64,000 bases of DNA from Candidatus Cloacimonadales bacterium (GTDB taxonomy: Bacteria > Cloacimonadota > Cloacimonadia > Cloacimonadales > JAIOQZ01). Below, in pieces: positions 20,955 to 31,987 of this stretch. The DNA lies in the NCBI GenBank assembly GCA_963674825.1, contig OY771587.1:3264001-3328000 (forward strand), read 5' to 3'. The translations under genes were made by a program, and so were the position numbers. A model generated the notes under the pieces. It did not search any database. It had not been told where the DNA came from and worked only from the letters and a program-made list of their open reading frames with translations. The stretch's first letter is position 1. Each line of letters opens with the position of its first letter.

Positions 20955-23312
20955 TCACTCACCTATGTATCGTTTCAGGAACTGGATGTACTCCGCGATG
21001 AGGTGTAAATGCGTCTCACGTGCCCGGTAGCTGTGATCTTCCAGTGGCAGTTGAAGATAACGGCATGTTCCGCCCAGCTGTGAGATAGCGTCGAAGAGGC
21101 GCTCGCTCTGTATCGGATAGGTCCCTGAATTGGTATCTTCCATGCTGTGGATAAGCAGCAGTGGTTCGTTGATTTGGTCCGCATATAAAAATGGTGACAC
21201 ATTCAAATAAAGGTCTCGTGCTTCCCACAGTGTTCGGCGTTCGCTCTGAAATCCGAATGGTGTAAGCGTGCGATTGTACGCTCCGTTTTTCGCAATACCG
21301 GCAGCGAAAGCATCGCTGTGCGCCAGCAGATTGACAACCATGAATGCACCATAGCTATGACCGATAACCGCTACGCGTGTAGGATCGATTATACCAAGAC
21401 TGTCAAGGTAACTGACGGCTGCTTCCGCACTGGAAGTCACCTGTTCGATGAAGGTCTCGTTGACCGTCTCCGGGTCGCCTACGACGGCGATCTTGGCACC
21501 ATCCAATACCACATAGCCTTCAAGGCAGAGATAAAGCGGAGAATCACCCCAAAGCCAGGTATAACGGTTCTGCTTATTGACAGTCTGCGAGGCCACATCT
21601 TCGCCTGTGTATTCTTCCGGATACGCGGTCAGAATCATTGGGTAGCGTTTGTTCGGATCGTAATCAGGCGGGAGATAGAGCATTCCGTCCAGATCAAGCC
21701 CATCTTTGCGCTTATATCGGATTTGTCGCTTCTCAAGCTGGTTAATCTCGCGGAAGGGATCGTCGAAGTACGTAAGCTGTTGCGAAGAGCCATCCTCGAG
21801 AGAGTATAGGAAGTAATTGGGTGGGTCGTTCGGAGATTCGTTACGATAGATCAGGTGTTGGAGATCAGCACCAAAGGGACCAAGCATTTGCTGGTAAGAA
21901 TCTCTACCGGATTGCCAGATGCGCGTTTTCTCCCAAGTGTCGAGGTTGACACGGTCAAGGAAAGGATAGGTTCCGTCCTCCTCAAAGCCGTTTCCGTACA
22001 AAAAGATCGAATTGCCATCGCGGAGCGCAACTTCGAAGCCTGCATCGGTTTGCGTGGTAACGACCGATCCAGGATGCCTGTACTTCTCGGATACACTGAA
22101 ATCGTGGAAGACATGCTTGTCGCCGGTTTCCAGATTCAAGAAGTAACCGGTTCTCCACCGTTGTTTTCGATCGTACTCATAAACGATCAGTTCATTCTTT
22201 GACACGCAATCGAGGCTGCTGAAACGCTCTTCTGTCTTCAGGTATTCCTGCATTTTGCCCGGATAGTCGCAATAGAGAATATGATCACGATGCGGGACTG
22301 TGGCTTCCGGATCACCTCCGTCCAGAGCTTCGAGAGCGAGGATACGGTGCGGATAGAACGGATGCCAGAAGAAGTATCGCAGTCCGGGCTGCACGCCGCC
22401 GAGAGGGATGTTCTCGCTGGAAGGAAGCTCGGAAAGCACTTCGACTTTCTCGCCTGTCCTGTCCCATAGCTCGTAATGGTTTGGGAAACCCCAGTAAGGT
22501 ACTTTCCGTGAGAATGGATGATCGACGATGCGTACGAGGAAATAATCGCCATCGGGTGATGGCGTAATCCAGCGGATCAGATCAGCATCGCCAAACTTCT
22601 TGTATTTGCCGGTGCGAACGTTCAGCTTGATGAACTGTGTGGTGCCATAGAAGGTGAAAAGCTCTTCGTCACGCTGGTTTTTAAGCAGATTGCGATAGGT
22701 TCGGAGCTGGCTCTTTTCGCCCGATGATTCAAATACCGTTGGTCCGATTGGAAGTTTATCCGGTTTGGGCTTTTCCTCGAAATCATCGGGTACTGCGCGA
22801 AGCAGGATGTGCTCATTGTCCGGCAGCCAAATGAAGTCGGAATCGAACGCTTGGTTGGAGCGTCCTGTAAAAATCTTCTTCACATCGCCGGTTATGCTAT
22901 CCCAGCGCCAGACGGTGATCCGGTCCGGCTCGTATTGATTCATGACGGCATAACGACCGTCGGGTGAGAAAGATGCGGAGCCGAAGAAGCCATCCAGGCC
23001 GAGTTTGGTGGTTTCACCGGAGGCAATATCAAGGATGCGTGGATTCTTTAAGAACGATCCGCGGATTCTTGCTCGGTTCTGCGGGGTAATCTCGATCCCA
23101 CCGAGTTCGAATTTTTCAAGAGAAAGCATCTCCAGCGGCATGTAAGATTCTCGATCCCAGATGACAAGCTTGCCAGCTTTACTTTCGTAAAAAACACTGG
23201 GTGGACGCTCGCGGTTGAATATCTCCGTTATCTCGTCAGGCGGAAGCTGGTATGGGATCTGAGCCGAGATGACCACAGTCCAGAGCATTATGAGTGTAAG
23301 AAACCATTTCAT
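20955..23312 (-). CDS. S9-family (prolyl oligopeptidase-like) exported peptidase
   Basis: Signal peptide, beta-propeller region, GHSYG nucleophile, GAYNRTLTPFGFQ, catalytic Asp/His region. Confidence 0.9.
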   Translation of the reverse strand: MKWFLTLIMLWTVVISAQIPYQLPPDEITEIFNRERPPSVFYESKAGKLVIWDRESYMPLEMLSLEKFELGGIEITPQNRARIRGSFLKNPRILDIASGETTKLGLDGFFGSASFSPDGRYAVMNQYEPDRITVWRWDSITGDVKKIFTGRSNQAFDSDFIWLPDNEHILLRAVPDDFEEKPKPDKLPIGPTVFESSGEKSQLRTYRNLLKNQRDEELFTFYGTTQFIKLNVRTGKYKKFGDADLIRWITPSPDGDYFLVRIVDHPFSRKVPYWGFPNHYELWDRTGEKVEVLSELPSSENIPLGGVQPGLRYFFWHPFYPHRILALEALDGGDPEATVPHRDHILYCDYPGKMQEYLKTEERFSSLDCVSKNELIVYEYDRKQRWRTGYFLNLETGDKHVFHDFSVSEKYRHPGSVVTTQTDAGFEVALRDGNSIFLYGNGFEEDGTYPFLDRVNLDTWEKTRIWQSGRDSYQQMLGPFGADLQHLIYRNESPNDPPNYFLYSLEDGSSQQLTYFDDPFREINQLEKRQIRYKRKDGLDLDGMLYLPPDYDPNKRYPMILTAYPEEYTGEDVASQTVNKQNRYTWLWGDSPLYLCLEGYVVLDGAKIAVVGDPETVNETFIEQVTSSAEAAVSYLDSLGIIDPTRVAVIGHSYGAFMVVNLLAHSDAFAAGIAKNGAYNRTLTPFGFQSERRTLWEARDLYLNVSPFLYADQINEPLLLIHSMEDTNSGTYPIQSERLFDAISQLGGTCRYLQLPLEDHSYRARETHLHLIAEYIQFLKRYIGE

Positions 23313-23315
23313 GAA

Positions 23316-24619
23316 TCAATCCTTTTGAATGTAGAGTGACCACGCATCACGGCATAGATCGCACTGGTGATGCCGGCAAAAGTCGCTATGAAGTTGGATC
23401 ATCCCCTGCTGATGAACGCTCACGGACTTTGTCATCGAGGGTAGGAATCTGCGCATGTTTCTGGTCACACGGTTTTCCGCCTGCGCCTGATATGCGCGAA
23501 AGCAGTGTTCGACGGCTTCCTGCAGGGGTAGATAACCCATTTGACGACTGTAGAGCAACATGATTGGGAGCAGAATATTGACAAAAAAATATCGATGCGG
23601 GATTCCCCAAGATGGTATTTTTCCGGCAACCAGCCTTGCGAATCGAGGAATAACTTCAATACACGTTCGCGCATGGTGGTCACGCTGAATTTTCCCTGTG
23701 GTTGTGAAAAGCAGGCTGCAAAACGCTGGAACAATGAACCGTCGAACGAATCCCAAAGCAATTGAGCAACTTGCATTATACGGATTCCCGGGTGGTTGAC
23801 CGGTCGCTGACGGAAGAGCTTCCACGGAATATCACGCAGGATGTCCATCTCGTCCGGGATCTCTGCCAGTTCGCGCCATTTGGAAATCCAGATCATGGGG
23901 AACGTTGATGGAAGCCTCTCCAGAAGACCGCTGAGGGTAAGAACTGTTCCCAGCATGGCATCGCGGGATTTGCCGGATGTCTTGAACTCCTTGAGGTAAT
24001 CGTAGGTCAGATGCCGCGAGAGGCGAAGCATCTGGAACTTGTTATGGCTATAACCGAGCGATTCGGCCATGCCTTGCCACAGGACCTGATCGTAATCGTT
24101 GTAAATGAGTTCCGCGGCAAACCGATTGCTCTTTTTCCTCAGGCGTGTCATGCCGAGGTTTTCGAAAAATTGCTGAGGATGGCTGAGTTGTTGCAGGAAT
24201 TCGCATTCTTTGTCGCAGGGCGTGAAATCAACACCTTCATAACGCTGTAAGAGTTTTCCGAGCGATGAATCGAGCTGCTTTCGAAGCTGCATGATTTCAA
24301 CGGTGTGCTCCGAGTGTGTTCGAGTGAGAGTGTCACCGGTGTTGTGATCCAGCACAACATGCAGAATGACGTTACGGTAATCGGGGTTGTCGGTGTGGCC
24401 GTGGTTGCACCAGTCGGATGTCTTTACATGGATCTCCACATCACCATGTAAAATCTCATTGCCCACGCGAACAACCGCACCAAGGAAATCTGGCCCGGAA
24501 TCAGTGTTCCACTGACCGTTATACAGTACTTCGAGCTCGTTTCCGGAGACAGTCTCCATCTTCTTCTGCAGATGTCCGGCATCCCAGATGTAATAAAGAA
24601 ACCGCTCCGAAAACTGCAT
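23316..24619 (-). pseudogene. DUF2851-family protein with a frameshift at a T7 run (23583-23589)
   Basis: N-terminal GPDF...GDVEIH...GH..NPDYRNVILHVV in one frame; family-like C-terminus (VNILLP...AENRVTR...QGMIQLHSDFCRHHQCDLC) in the -1 frame, ending 3 bp before the S9 start. Confidence 0.75.
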
Positions 24620-24626
24620 AAGCTGT

Positions 24627-27600
24627 TTATATCTCCTTCAATATCTCCTCGATGGCCCGTTTGAGCTGGACATCATCGTCCTGAATGATCTGCTCAGGCG
24701 TCATCTCGACTTTGATGTCTGGCTGAACGCCATTTCCTTCCATGTTCTGTCCGTCGATCGAAAACCATCCGTTGCTTGGCATGCGCATACTGGAACCATC
24801 CATAAACGTGATGTGTCCGGTTCCGATAACTGAGCCGCTGGTCGGCATACCGACGATTTTCCCAAGCTTCAGGTGCTTGAACAGGAATGGGAAGATTTCG
24901 CCATCGGAGAAGGATCCCTCATCGATCAGAAGGATGATTGGCTTTTCCCAGAGATTATGGGGTGCTGGATGCTGCTTTGCGCCGTAATAGCGACTATATG
25001 ACTGTGCATACGCCTTACGGGTGAGTGCTTCGATCATAGAATCGTGTGTGTTACCACCACCGTTTCCGCGGAAATCGAGAACCAGTGCTTGTTTATCGTA
25101 GTTTTGCGTGAAGAGATCGTCCATGAATTTCTGATACGTGCGCCAGTTCATTGCCGGAACGTGGATGTAGGCAACGCGGCCGTCGGTGAGTTCTTCAGTT
25201 GTCCTGCGGCGGTCTTCCACCCACTGCGCCTGGGCAAGATGGTATTCCTGCCAATAGCTGAGGCCTTTGATAATCGCCTCTTTCTCACCATCGTCGGTAT
25301 CGAACATCAGCTTGATCTTCTCCCCGACCTTGTCCATCAGGAGTTTATCGATATCCGTATCCCGATCAATCTCGACACCGTCGATAGATAGCAAAATATC
25401 GCCTTTGCGAATACCGAACGGCTCATAGAGTTTCCCTTGATAGAACACGCGATCGATGCGAATACCTCTCTTGAGCGGATCCTTGTAATCTAAGACAAGT
25501 CCAAGTGTGGCAGGCTCCATGACCTTGAAGGTATTGTCTTTGCGCGGATAGAAACCGGTATGCGATGCGTTGACATCACCGATCATCTCATCGACGATCG
25601 AGGAAAGCATGTCGGGCGTGAGTGCATCATCCACATAAGGCGCGTACAGCTCGAATTCGTGATTCCAATCGACGCCATGCATCTTAGGATCGTAGAATCC
25701 TTGCCCAAACTCGTACCACACACGCTCGAAGACGGTGCGGTTGAGTTCATGTCGGTTCCAGCTATATTTGTAGTTGTTGTCGATAGGCGTGGATTTCTTC
25801 GATTTAATGTCGAATTTCGAGAGCTTCTTGTCTTGTCTCAAATAATATACATCGTTCGCTTTGTTGTAGTTGAAGTCGTTGACTTCGCTCTCGAAGGTGT
25901 GGATCGATTTATCGTCTTTACCCTTATAATCAGTCTTGCGGAGCGTTAGCTCTTCGTCGTAGCTGTTGAAGTAGTAGAATGTTGAATCGCTGTCCACGCG
26001 CACGATGAAATTCTCGCCGTCGCGTGAAACGATGGTCTTGATCCGGTCGCGCATGTTGTTGAGATCGAATTCGATAACGATCTCCTCATCGGCTTCCTTC
26101 TCATCATCTTCGTCGTCATCTTTATTCTTCTTCGAGCTTTCTTCTTCCGGTTCCAGGATTGCTTTCCAATTATCATCTTCTTTATAGTAGTCGTCCTTGG
26201 GAACGAGATCAAGGCGACTGATATTGCTATCTTTCGTGAAAAACACGGTCTTACCATCAAGGCCCCAGTTGAAGCCGTAGAGATAGCTGCCAGACTGGAA
26301 CAACTCGTAATCTTGCTTCTTCTCGAGATCGTACATATGAAGTACCCAATCCCAGATTCCTTCGACCTTGGTGGGGAATAGGAGGTATCGTTCGTCGGGA
26401 CTGAGTGCAAATTGAGGCTCAACGGTCTTGTCGTAGATCGTGGTGAACTTGCTGGCATTACTGTCGGCAATGGCGATCTGGCTGCGAACTTCATCCTTGC
26501 TGAAGAAAACCAGCAACTGATTGGTGGGAAGCCACTCGACCTGATCGACAGCCTTGCCTTTGCTCCACTTTACCAGTTCGATTTCGCCAGGTGTCTTTAC
26601 ACTTGTGCGGAATAGTTGTGGCGCGCCTTTCACGAACGAGGTGAAATAGATCGTGGTGCCATCGTTCATGATCACGATATCGTCAATACCGGCTTGGTCG
26701 TGAGTAAGCTGCATTACCTCGCCGCCTTTTTCCGGCATGGCGAAGAGGTCGTAGTACCCTCTGAAGGCAATGAGCTTGCCGTCGGGCGATACCGCGAATT
26801 CGTCGAAGCGGTTTTTTACATCCTTGTGAACGTTGAAGTCGTCGTGGAACTGCTCCTTGATCTCGATCGGAATCGCTTTGGCTTCTCCTGTTGCGGGATC
26901 GTAACTGCCGATTCGATCGAAGTATTCATACACGATACGGTCGTTGTCCCGAGCGATCATCAGATCGCGTGCGGACCACGTGTCGAAGTGCGTGAGCTGT
27001 TCACGCTGACTCAATTCGTTCATCGGAGCTTTGAATATCTGGAATATCTCGCCGTCCGAATAACAGAAATAGACGTCGTCCGTCTGGCGAGAGATGGCCG
27101 GATAGCGCTCGGTAAGCTCCGTGTCAGTCAATTTTGTGTAGGTGTCGGTATCGAGATCGAGTTGCCAGAGTTCACCGTTGATACTGCCCCTGTATTTTTC
27201 GCGAAATGGCTCACCGTGCTGGCAATAGATGATCTTCTTGTCGTCTTTGGATATTGCCGACTGCACGTTGCCAATGCCGCCGATCTCGACGGGTCTGCTA
27301 CCATCAAGATATACTCGATAATTTGCCCACCCTTGTTTCGGAACTGAGCGAACTACCAGGATCGACTTGCTATCGGAAAACCAGTCGACAACCCAGGAGA
27401 ACTGAGTTGCTACGAGCTTGGCAAGTCCGCCTTCGGCCGGCATGATGTAGGTACCGGGAAAGCCCTCGAAATTCGAATAATAAGCGATCCATCTGCCGTC
27501 CGGTGAATATGCGGGAGATGCGTCCGCGCCTTCGGTGGCGGTGAGGCGTTTGGCTGTTCCACCCTCAAAGGGTACGGTCCAGAGATCGCCCATATAGCTG

Positions 27601-27713
27601 AAGCAAACGGTATTGCCGTCAGGAGAAATAGCTGGATCGATCATGAAGTGCGGTTCGTAGGCCGTGAGGTTAACAATAAGGAGCAGGATCAGTGCTGCAA
27701 GTGTCCATTTCAT
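24627..27713 (-). CDS. Tricorn protease homologue (S41)
   Basis: PD40/propeller repeats (SPDG), ASHTG, PDZ, DFRGNGGG, SFSDGE catalytic Ser. Confidence 0.92.
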   Translation of the reverse strand: MKWTLAALILLLIVNLTAYEPHFMIDPAISPDGNTVCFSYMGDLWTVPFEGGTAKRLTATEGADASPAYSPDGRWIAYYSNFEGFPGTYIMPAEGGLAKLVATQFSWVVDWFSDSKSILVVRSVPKQGWANYRVYLDGSRPVEIGGIGNVQSAISKDDKKIIYCQHGEPFREKYRGSINGELWQLDLDTDTYTKLTDTELTERYPAISRQTDDVYFCYSDGEIFQIFKAPMNELSQREQLTHFDTWSARDLMIARDNDRIVYEYFDRIGSYDPATGEAKAIPIEIKEQFHDDFNVHKDVKNRFDEFAVSPDGKLIAFRGYYDLFAMPEKGGEVMQLTHDQAGIDDIVIMNDGTTIYFTSFVKGAPQLFRTSVKTPGEIELVKWSKGKAVDQVEWLPTNQLLVFFSKDEVRSQIAIADSNASKFTTIYDKTVEPQFALSPDERYLLFPTKVEGIWDWVLHMYDLEKKQDYELFQSGSYLYGFNWGLDGKTVFFTKDSNISRLDLVPKDDYYKEDDNWKAILEPEEESSKKNKDDDEDDEKEADEEIVIEFDLNNMRDRIKTIVSRDGENFIVRVDSDSTFYYFNSYDEELTLRKTDYKGKDDKSIHTFESEVNDFNYNKANDVYYLRQDKKLSKFDIKSKKSTPIDNNYKYSWNRHELNRTVFERVWYEFGQGFYDPKMHGVDWNHEFELYAPYVDDALTPDMLSSIVDEMIGDVNASHTGFYPRKDNTFKVMEPATLGLVLDYKDPLKRGIRIDRVFYQGKLYEPFGIRKGDILLSIDGVEIDRDTDIDKLLMDKVGEKIKLMFDTDDGEKEAIIKGLSYWQEYHLAQAQWVEDRRRTTEELTDGRVAYIHVPAMNWRTYQKFMDDLFTQNYDKQALVLDFRGNGGGNTHDSMIEALTRKAYAQSYSRYYGAKQHPAPHNLWEKPIILLIDEGSFSDGEIFPFLFKHLKLGKIVGMPTSGSVIGTGHITFMDGSSMRMPSNGWFSIDGQNMEGNGVQPDIKVEMTPEQIIQDDDVQLKRAIEEILKEI

Positions 27714-27723
27714 AGTGATTCCT

Positions 27724-30423
27724 TTATTCGTTTTTCATGTTAATCTGATTGATGCGCTTGTTGCCTTGGTACAGGTTGATCTCCAGCAAATCTCCATTGC
27801 CGAATCCGAAATGAAGATACTGGCTGTTCTGTGAAGTAGTACCTTTAGCGCTTGAGAGCTCACGAATAAGCTTTCGTCTCCCTGCAGGATAGCTTTTATC
27901 GTAATATACCAATTCGACACGTGTGCCCCAGCCAGGCGTGTTGGGCATATAACGTCGCCACCCATCGCGAGCGACCATCGAGAGATTTTCCATGTTCCAG
28001 AATGGCTTGATGAGGGCAGAACGATTGCTGTTCTTCGTGGTATTAAGAAACAGCTTGAAGCCGCTTCCGCTTCCGACACAGATATCGAGCTTCCCATCCA
28101 GATCGATATCGGCGATGGCATTCCCCCAGCCGTTGTAGCTGCGGCATCCACTAAGCCATGTGATATCGGTGAAAGTACCGTCGCCGTTGTTGCGGTATAA
28201 GTAGGATCGGTCGTTCTGGTAGATAGAGGTCATGAAGAGATCAAGGTCGCCATCGTTATCTGCGTCGAACCAACTCGGATCGGAGTGCAGCTCGTCGTAG
28301 GTAATGCCGGCTTCCCGTGTGACATCGGTAAACTGTGTGTACGTAACTTCTTCTCCATCAATGATTCTGTACGTCTGGCCGTCGTTTCGAAGCAGCATAC
28401 TGACATCGGAAAACTCGATGTAGCGGGGGTGTGCGAGGTTGCACATGAAGAGGTCGAGATCGCCATCGTTGTCATAGTCACCCCAGTCGGCACCGATGGT
28501 GTGACCATACCAGCCGCCGACATTGTGCCCGGCAAGTCCCTCAAGTGCGGCGATATCGGTGACTTTACCGGTCTTGGGATCGTAGTTGAAAAGAAAATTG
28601 CGATCGAGGCGGTAGTTGCACACCAGAATTTCCTGCTCGCCGTCGTTATCGTAGTCTGCAGGCGCGATGCCACGTCCGGCCTGGGCGTCCAGGGAGTCGT
28701 TGTATTGTGTCCTGAAGCCAAGGATGTCTGTCATATCGATCATCTCGCCGTTCAGATTATCGTAGAAGTAATCGGGCAGACCGATGTATTCGCCTGCTAC
28801 TTCGTAGCTTGCCATATAGAGTTCGGGATAGCCGTCCCAATTGAGGTCGGTCCAGGCAGCGCCTTCGGTAGGGTAGGGGTCGCTGATAGTCGTATCGGCT
28901 TTGGGATAGAATCCCACGCCCATTGCGGGGTAGAGTGCGTCGCTGGAATTGGATGTCACGACAATATCGAGATACCCATCGCGGTTGTAGTCTGCCCACA
29001 GGCCACCGGTTGCTCCCTTTGGTTTGAATGAGGCTTTTTCGGTGATGTCGGTGAAGGTTGCATCACCGTTGTTACGCCAAATCTTCCTGCCGGAAAGAAG
29101 CAGATCGTCGTCGCCGTCGTTATCGAAATCGCCAAACGCGACGCGCGATTCATGGCAGTCACCCAATCCTGCTTCAATGGTAATATCGTCGAACTGGATG
29201 TCGTAATAGCCCACAATTTCTCTCACCCACTGCATCGTCGGTGTGAAGATCTCATGGTCGATGAGGATTCCTTCCAGCAGCTCATATGCCTTCTCGTCGT
29301 AGCGCTTGCGCGGCGCACCGAGGACAAGGCACTCGATCAGGGACTTGGCGGCTGTGTATTCGGATCCAACCTCGCGGCTCATGGAAAAGATGCGACCGTT
29401 CCAGAATGCTATTTCGGCAAGTTGACCGGTATCATTGATATCGTAATGGATCTCGCTGAGGATTTCGCTCGCTTCGCGGATTGTCTCCTCCCGTTCATCC
29501 GATCCGATAAGATCGTACTTGAGCTTGTAGTAAGTCAGTTGCGTGCGGAGCAGTCCGATTTTTTTGTCGAATTCATCCGGTGAATAACGATCGTACATGA
29601 ATCGTACTTTTTCGGGTTTCGCGTCCGATTCACCCATCTGATTGATGATGAATTCAGCGTTCTCGAGAAAATCCCGTAGTTCGTTCCGCTGTTGCAGTTC
29701 GTCGAGTAGATCGCTGTTTAGCATAGCTCTGACAATCGCATATCGCTCAATGTCATCTCGAGCAGGTATCCTGACCAGCGCTTCCAGAGCGGCATCGAAC
29801 TTTTTCTGGTTTAAAAACGAATTAACCCGTAGATAGTGAAGCGAAGGCGTCCACTGCGATTCGGGAAGCATTTTAAGCAGCGCATCGATTTGGACGATAC
29901 GCAAGCTGTCGTTGCGTTCAACGGCAATGTCATCTACCTTCTGTTTGGCGAATGATTCCAGGATGACATTTGCTTCGCCGTAACGCCCCAGCAAGTTGTC
30001 AATACGATTCTGGCGCAAAGAATCATTCTCGATGGCGTCGATGGCAAGCTGAATGACCTGCTGCTCGTCTGGCAGGGTAAACTCGATGTCGCGCAGGAAG
30101 GTCGATTGGGTTTCATGATTGGGATCGCGTTTTTCGAGGGATACGTAGCTGTAGGCAGATTCCAGATCGTGAAGGTTCCGGGCTCTGTCGAAAAGCGTAA
30201 GCGCGTAATGGACCGAGTCGTCGATAGCCCGGTAGTAGTCCAAGAGGATGGTATAGAGGTACGTGTCATCTGGAGCGTTATGTAACTGCTGGCTGATCTG
30301 TGGGAGGTTGCGTTCGAGGATATTCCAAAGTTCGTGTTGATGGACGAATTCGAGTTCGGTACGGGTTAATGAAAAAAGAGCTGAAATCAGTAGCGTGAAC
30401 ACCAGCAGAAACCGTTTCCGCAT
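27724..30423 (-). CDS. Exported FG-GAP/CRTAC1-like repeat protein with helical N-terminal region
   Basis: Signal peptide; repeated D[FY][DN]NDGDxD and NNGDxTFTD[IV]T motifs; C-terminal LHFGFG; AGGAG RBS before ATG 30423. Confidence 0.8.
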   Translation of the reverse strand: MRKRFLLVFTLLISALFSLTRTELEFVHQHELWNILERNLPQISQQLHNAPDDTYLYTILLDYYRAIDDSVHYALTLFDRARNLHDLESAYSYVSLEKRDPNHETQSTFLRDIEFTLPDEQQVIQLAIDAIENDSLRQNRIDNLLGRYGEANVILESFAKQKVDDIAVERNDSLRIVQIDALLKMLPESQWTPSLHYLRVNSFLNQKKFDAALEALVRIPARDDIERYAIVRAMLNSDLLDELQQRNELRDFLENAEFIINQMGESDAKPEKVRFMYDRYSPDEFDKKIGLLRTQLTYYKLKYDLIGSDEREETIREASEILSEIHYDINDTGQLAEIAFWNGRIFSMSREVGSEYTAAKSLIECLVLGAPRKRYDEKAYELLEGILIDHEIFTPTMQWVREIVGYYDIQFDDITIEAGLGDCHESRVAFGDFDNDGDDDLLLSGRKIWRNNGDATFTDITEKASFKPKGATGGLWADYNRDGYLDIVVTSNSSDALYPAMGVGFYPKADTTISDPYPTEGAAWTDLNWDGYPELYMASYEVAGEYIGLPDYFYDNLNGEMIDMTDILGFRTQYNDSLDAQAGRGIAPADYDNDGEQEILVCNYRLDRNFLFNYDPKTGKVTDIAALEGLAGHNVGGWYGHTIGADWGDYDNDGDLDLFMCNLAHPRYIEFSDVSMLLRNDGQTYRIIDGEEVTYTQFTDVTREAGITYDELHSDPSWFDADNDGDLDLFMTSIYQNDRSYLYRNNGDGTFTDITWLSGCRSYNGWGNAIADIDLDGKLDICVGSGSGFKLFLNTTKNSNRSALIKPFWNMENLSMVARDGWRRYMPNTPGWGTRVELVYYDKSYPAGRRKLIRELSSAKGTTSQNSQYLHFGFGNGDLLEINLYQGNKRINQINMKNE

Positions 30424-30454
30424 ATCCTCTCCTTGCAGCGAATCAATAGCGTAT

Positions 30455-30490
30455 AAAAAACAAAAGGCGGTTTTAATACCGCCTTTTGTC
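30455..30490 (-). terminator. Intrinsic terminator ending the rplM-frr-ferredoxin operon
   Basis: ACAAAAGGCGGT/ACCGCCTTTTGT 12-bp stem followed by a T run on the minus strand. Confidence 0.8.
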
Positions 30491-30507
30491 AATGTATTTC
30501 GTCCGGA

Positions 30508-30681
30508 TCAACCGCCGTTTCCGCGTATCGCGTCAACAGGGCATATCTCCTGGCATTTTCCGCAGTCGATGCAAGCGTCAGTTATTTCGTGCATGCCGTC
30601 GCCTTCAACAATCGCCGAAACGGGGCATACATCGACACATTCGCCGCAATTAACACATTCTGATGTAATCACAAAGGGCAT
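30508..30681 (-). CDS. 2x[4Fe-4S] ferredoxin, 57 aa (absent from the ORF track)
   Basis: Hand translation MPFVITSECVNCGECVDVCPVSAIVEGDGMHEITDACIDCGKCQEICPVDAIRGNGG; GAGGA RBS. Confidence 0.93.
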   Translation of the reverse strand: MPFVITSECVNCGECVDVCPVSAIVEGDGMHEITDACIDCGKCQEICPVDAIRGNGG

Positions 30682-30690
30682 ATTTTCCTC

Positions 30691-31248
30691 TTAGATTTCC
30701 ATGATCTCTTTTTCTTTGTGATCTGCAACTTCAGAGACTTTCTCGATCCATTTATCGGTCAGTTCCTGAATATCCGAGAGAAGCTTCTTCTCATCGTCTT
30801 CTGTGATCTCACTGTTTTTTTTCATCTTTTTGCCGATTTCGTTTCCGTCTCTCCGGATATTCCGGATCGAGATTTTAGTATCTTCGGCAAGCTTCTTGAT
30901 CTGTTTGACGATGTCTTTACGCTTATCTTCGGTAAGCTGCGCAAAGGGAAGACGAATCACGTTTCCATCGTTTTCCGGTGTGATGCCGAGGTTGGCAGCC
31001 AGGATTTCTTTTTCGATATCGCCAAGGGTCGTTTTGTCCCAAGGCTGAATCACGATCAGTCGTGGCTCGGGTATCGAAACATTACAAAGCTGCTTGATTG
31101 GCGTTGGTTGACCGTAATAATTTACACGGATATCGTCGAGAATCGCGACGCTGGCACGGCCGGTGCGCAGTTTCGCGAATTGATGAAGCAGGCTCTCCTG
31201 AGCCTTCTGCATCTTCTGGTCCAATTCCTTTTTCAGCTTTTCCATCAT
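30691..31248 (-). CDS. frr: Ribosome recycling factor
   Basis: LRTGRAS, YYGQPTP, IRNIRRD. Confidence 0.97.
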   Translation of the reverse strand: MMEKLKKELDQKMQKAQESLLHQFAKLRTGRASVAILDDIRVNYYGQPTPIKQLCNVSIPEPRLIVIQPWDKTTLGDIEKEILAANLGITPENDGNVIRLPFAQLTEDKRKDIVKQIKKLAEDTKISIRNIRRDGNEIGKKMKKNSEITEDDEKKLLSDIQELTDKWIEKVSEVADHKEKEIMEI

Positions 31249-31265
31249 ATTACTCCTGTTTCCGT

Positions 31266-31985
31266 TTACGGATGAATAAACGTACCCATAGTTTTCGACA
31301 TAATCGCCTTCTGAAGACTCCCGGGCTGATTGAGGTTGAAAACCTTCAATGGAATCCCATAGTCACGGGCAAGCGAAAACGCCGTCATGTCCATTACCTG
31401 GAGCTTACGAGCGAGAACCTCGTCATAGGTAATTTCGGGAATAAATTCGGCATCGGGATTTGTCACCGGATCATCGGAATAAACACCATCGACTTTGGTA
31501 CCTTTAAGGACCAGGTTAGCGCCAAGTTCCGTCGCTCGGAGCACCGCAGCGGTATCCGTAGTAAAATACGGATTGCCTGTTCCAGCGCAGAAGATACAAA
31601 TCTTGCCTTCGCGGAGCGACTTCTCCGCACGGTCATGGGTATAGAACATCGCGACCTTATCCATCTGTACGGCAGAATAGATATCGGCATGGTAGTTACG
31701 GTTACGAAGATATTCAGCCAGCACGAGCGCGTTCTGAACAGTCGCCAGCATTCCGATGTGGTCAGCGGTGACGCGACGCACTTCGGCTTCAGCCTGGCCA
31801 CCACGGTAGATGTTACCACCACCCAGGACGAGTCCCAGGCTCAGGCCGTCACGACGAACCTGGATGATATCTTCCGCGATACGGATCAGGACTTCATTGT
31901 CGTACCCAAACGATTTCCCGCCGGCAAAAACCTCGCCGCTTACCTTGACGATGACGCGATGTATCTTTTCCGGTGAATAAAACAT
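31266..31985 (-). CDS. pyrH: UMP kinase
   Basis: KVSGE, GGGNIYRG, GTGNPYFTTDTAAVLRA; start set at ATG 31985. Confidence 0.96.
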   Translation of the reverse strand: MFYSPEKIHRVIVKVSGEVFAGGKSFGYDNEVLIRIAEDIIQVRRDGLSLGLVLGGGNIYRGGQAEAEVRRVTADHIGMLATVQNALVLAEYLRNRNYHADIYSAVQMDKVAMFYTHDRAEKSLREGKICIFCAGTGNPYFTTDTAAVLRATELGANLVLKGTKVDGVYSDDPVTNPDAEFIPEITYDEVLARKLQVMDMTAFSLARDYGIPLKVFNLNQPGSLQKAIMSKTMGTFIHP

Positions 31986-31987
31986 GC

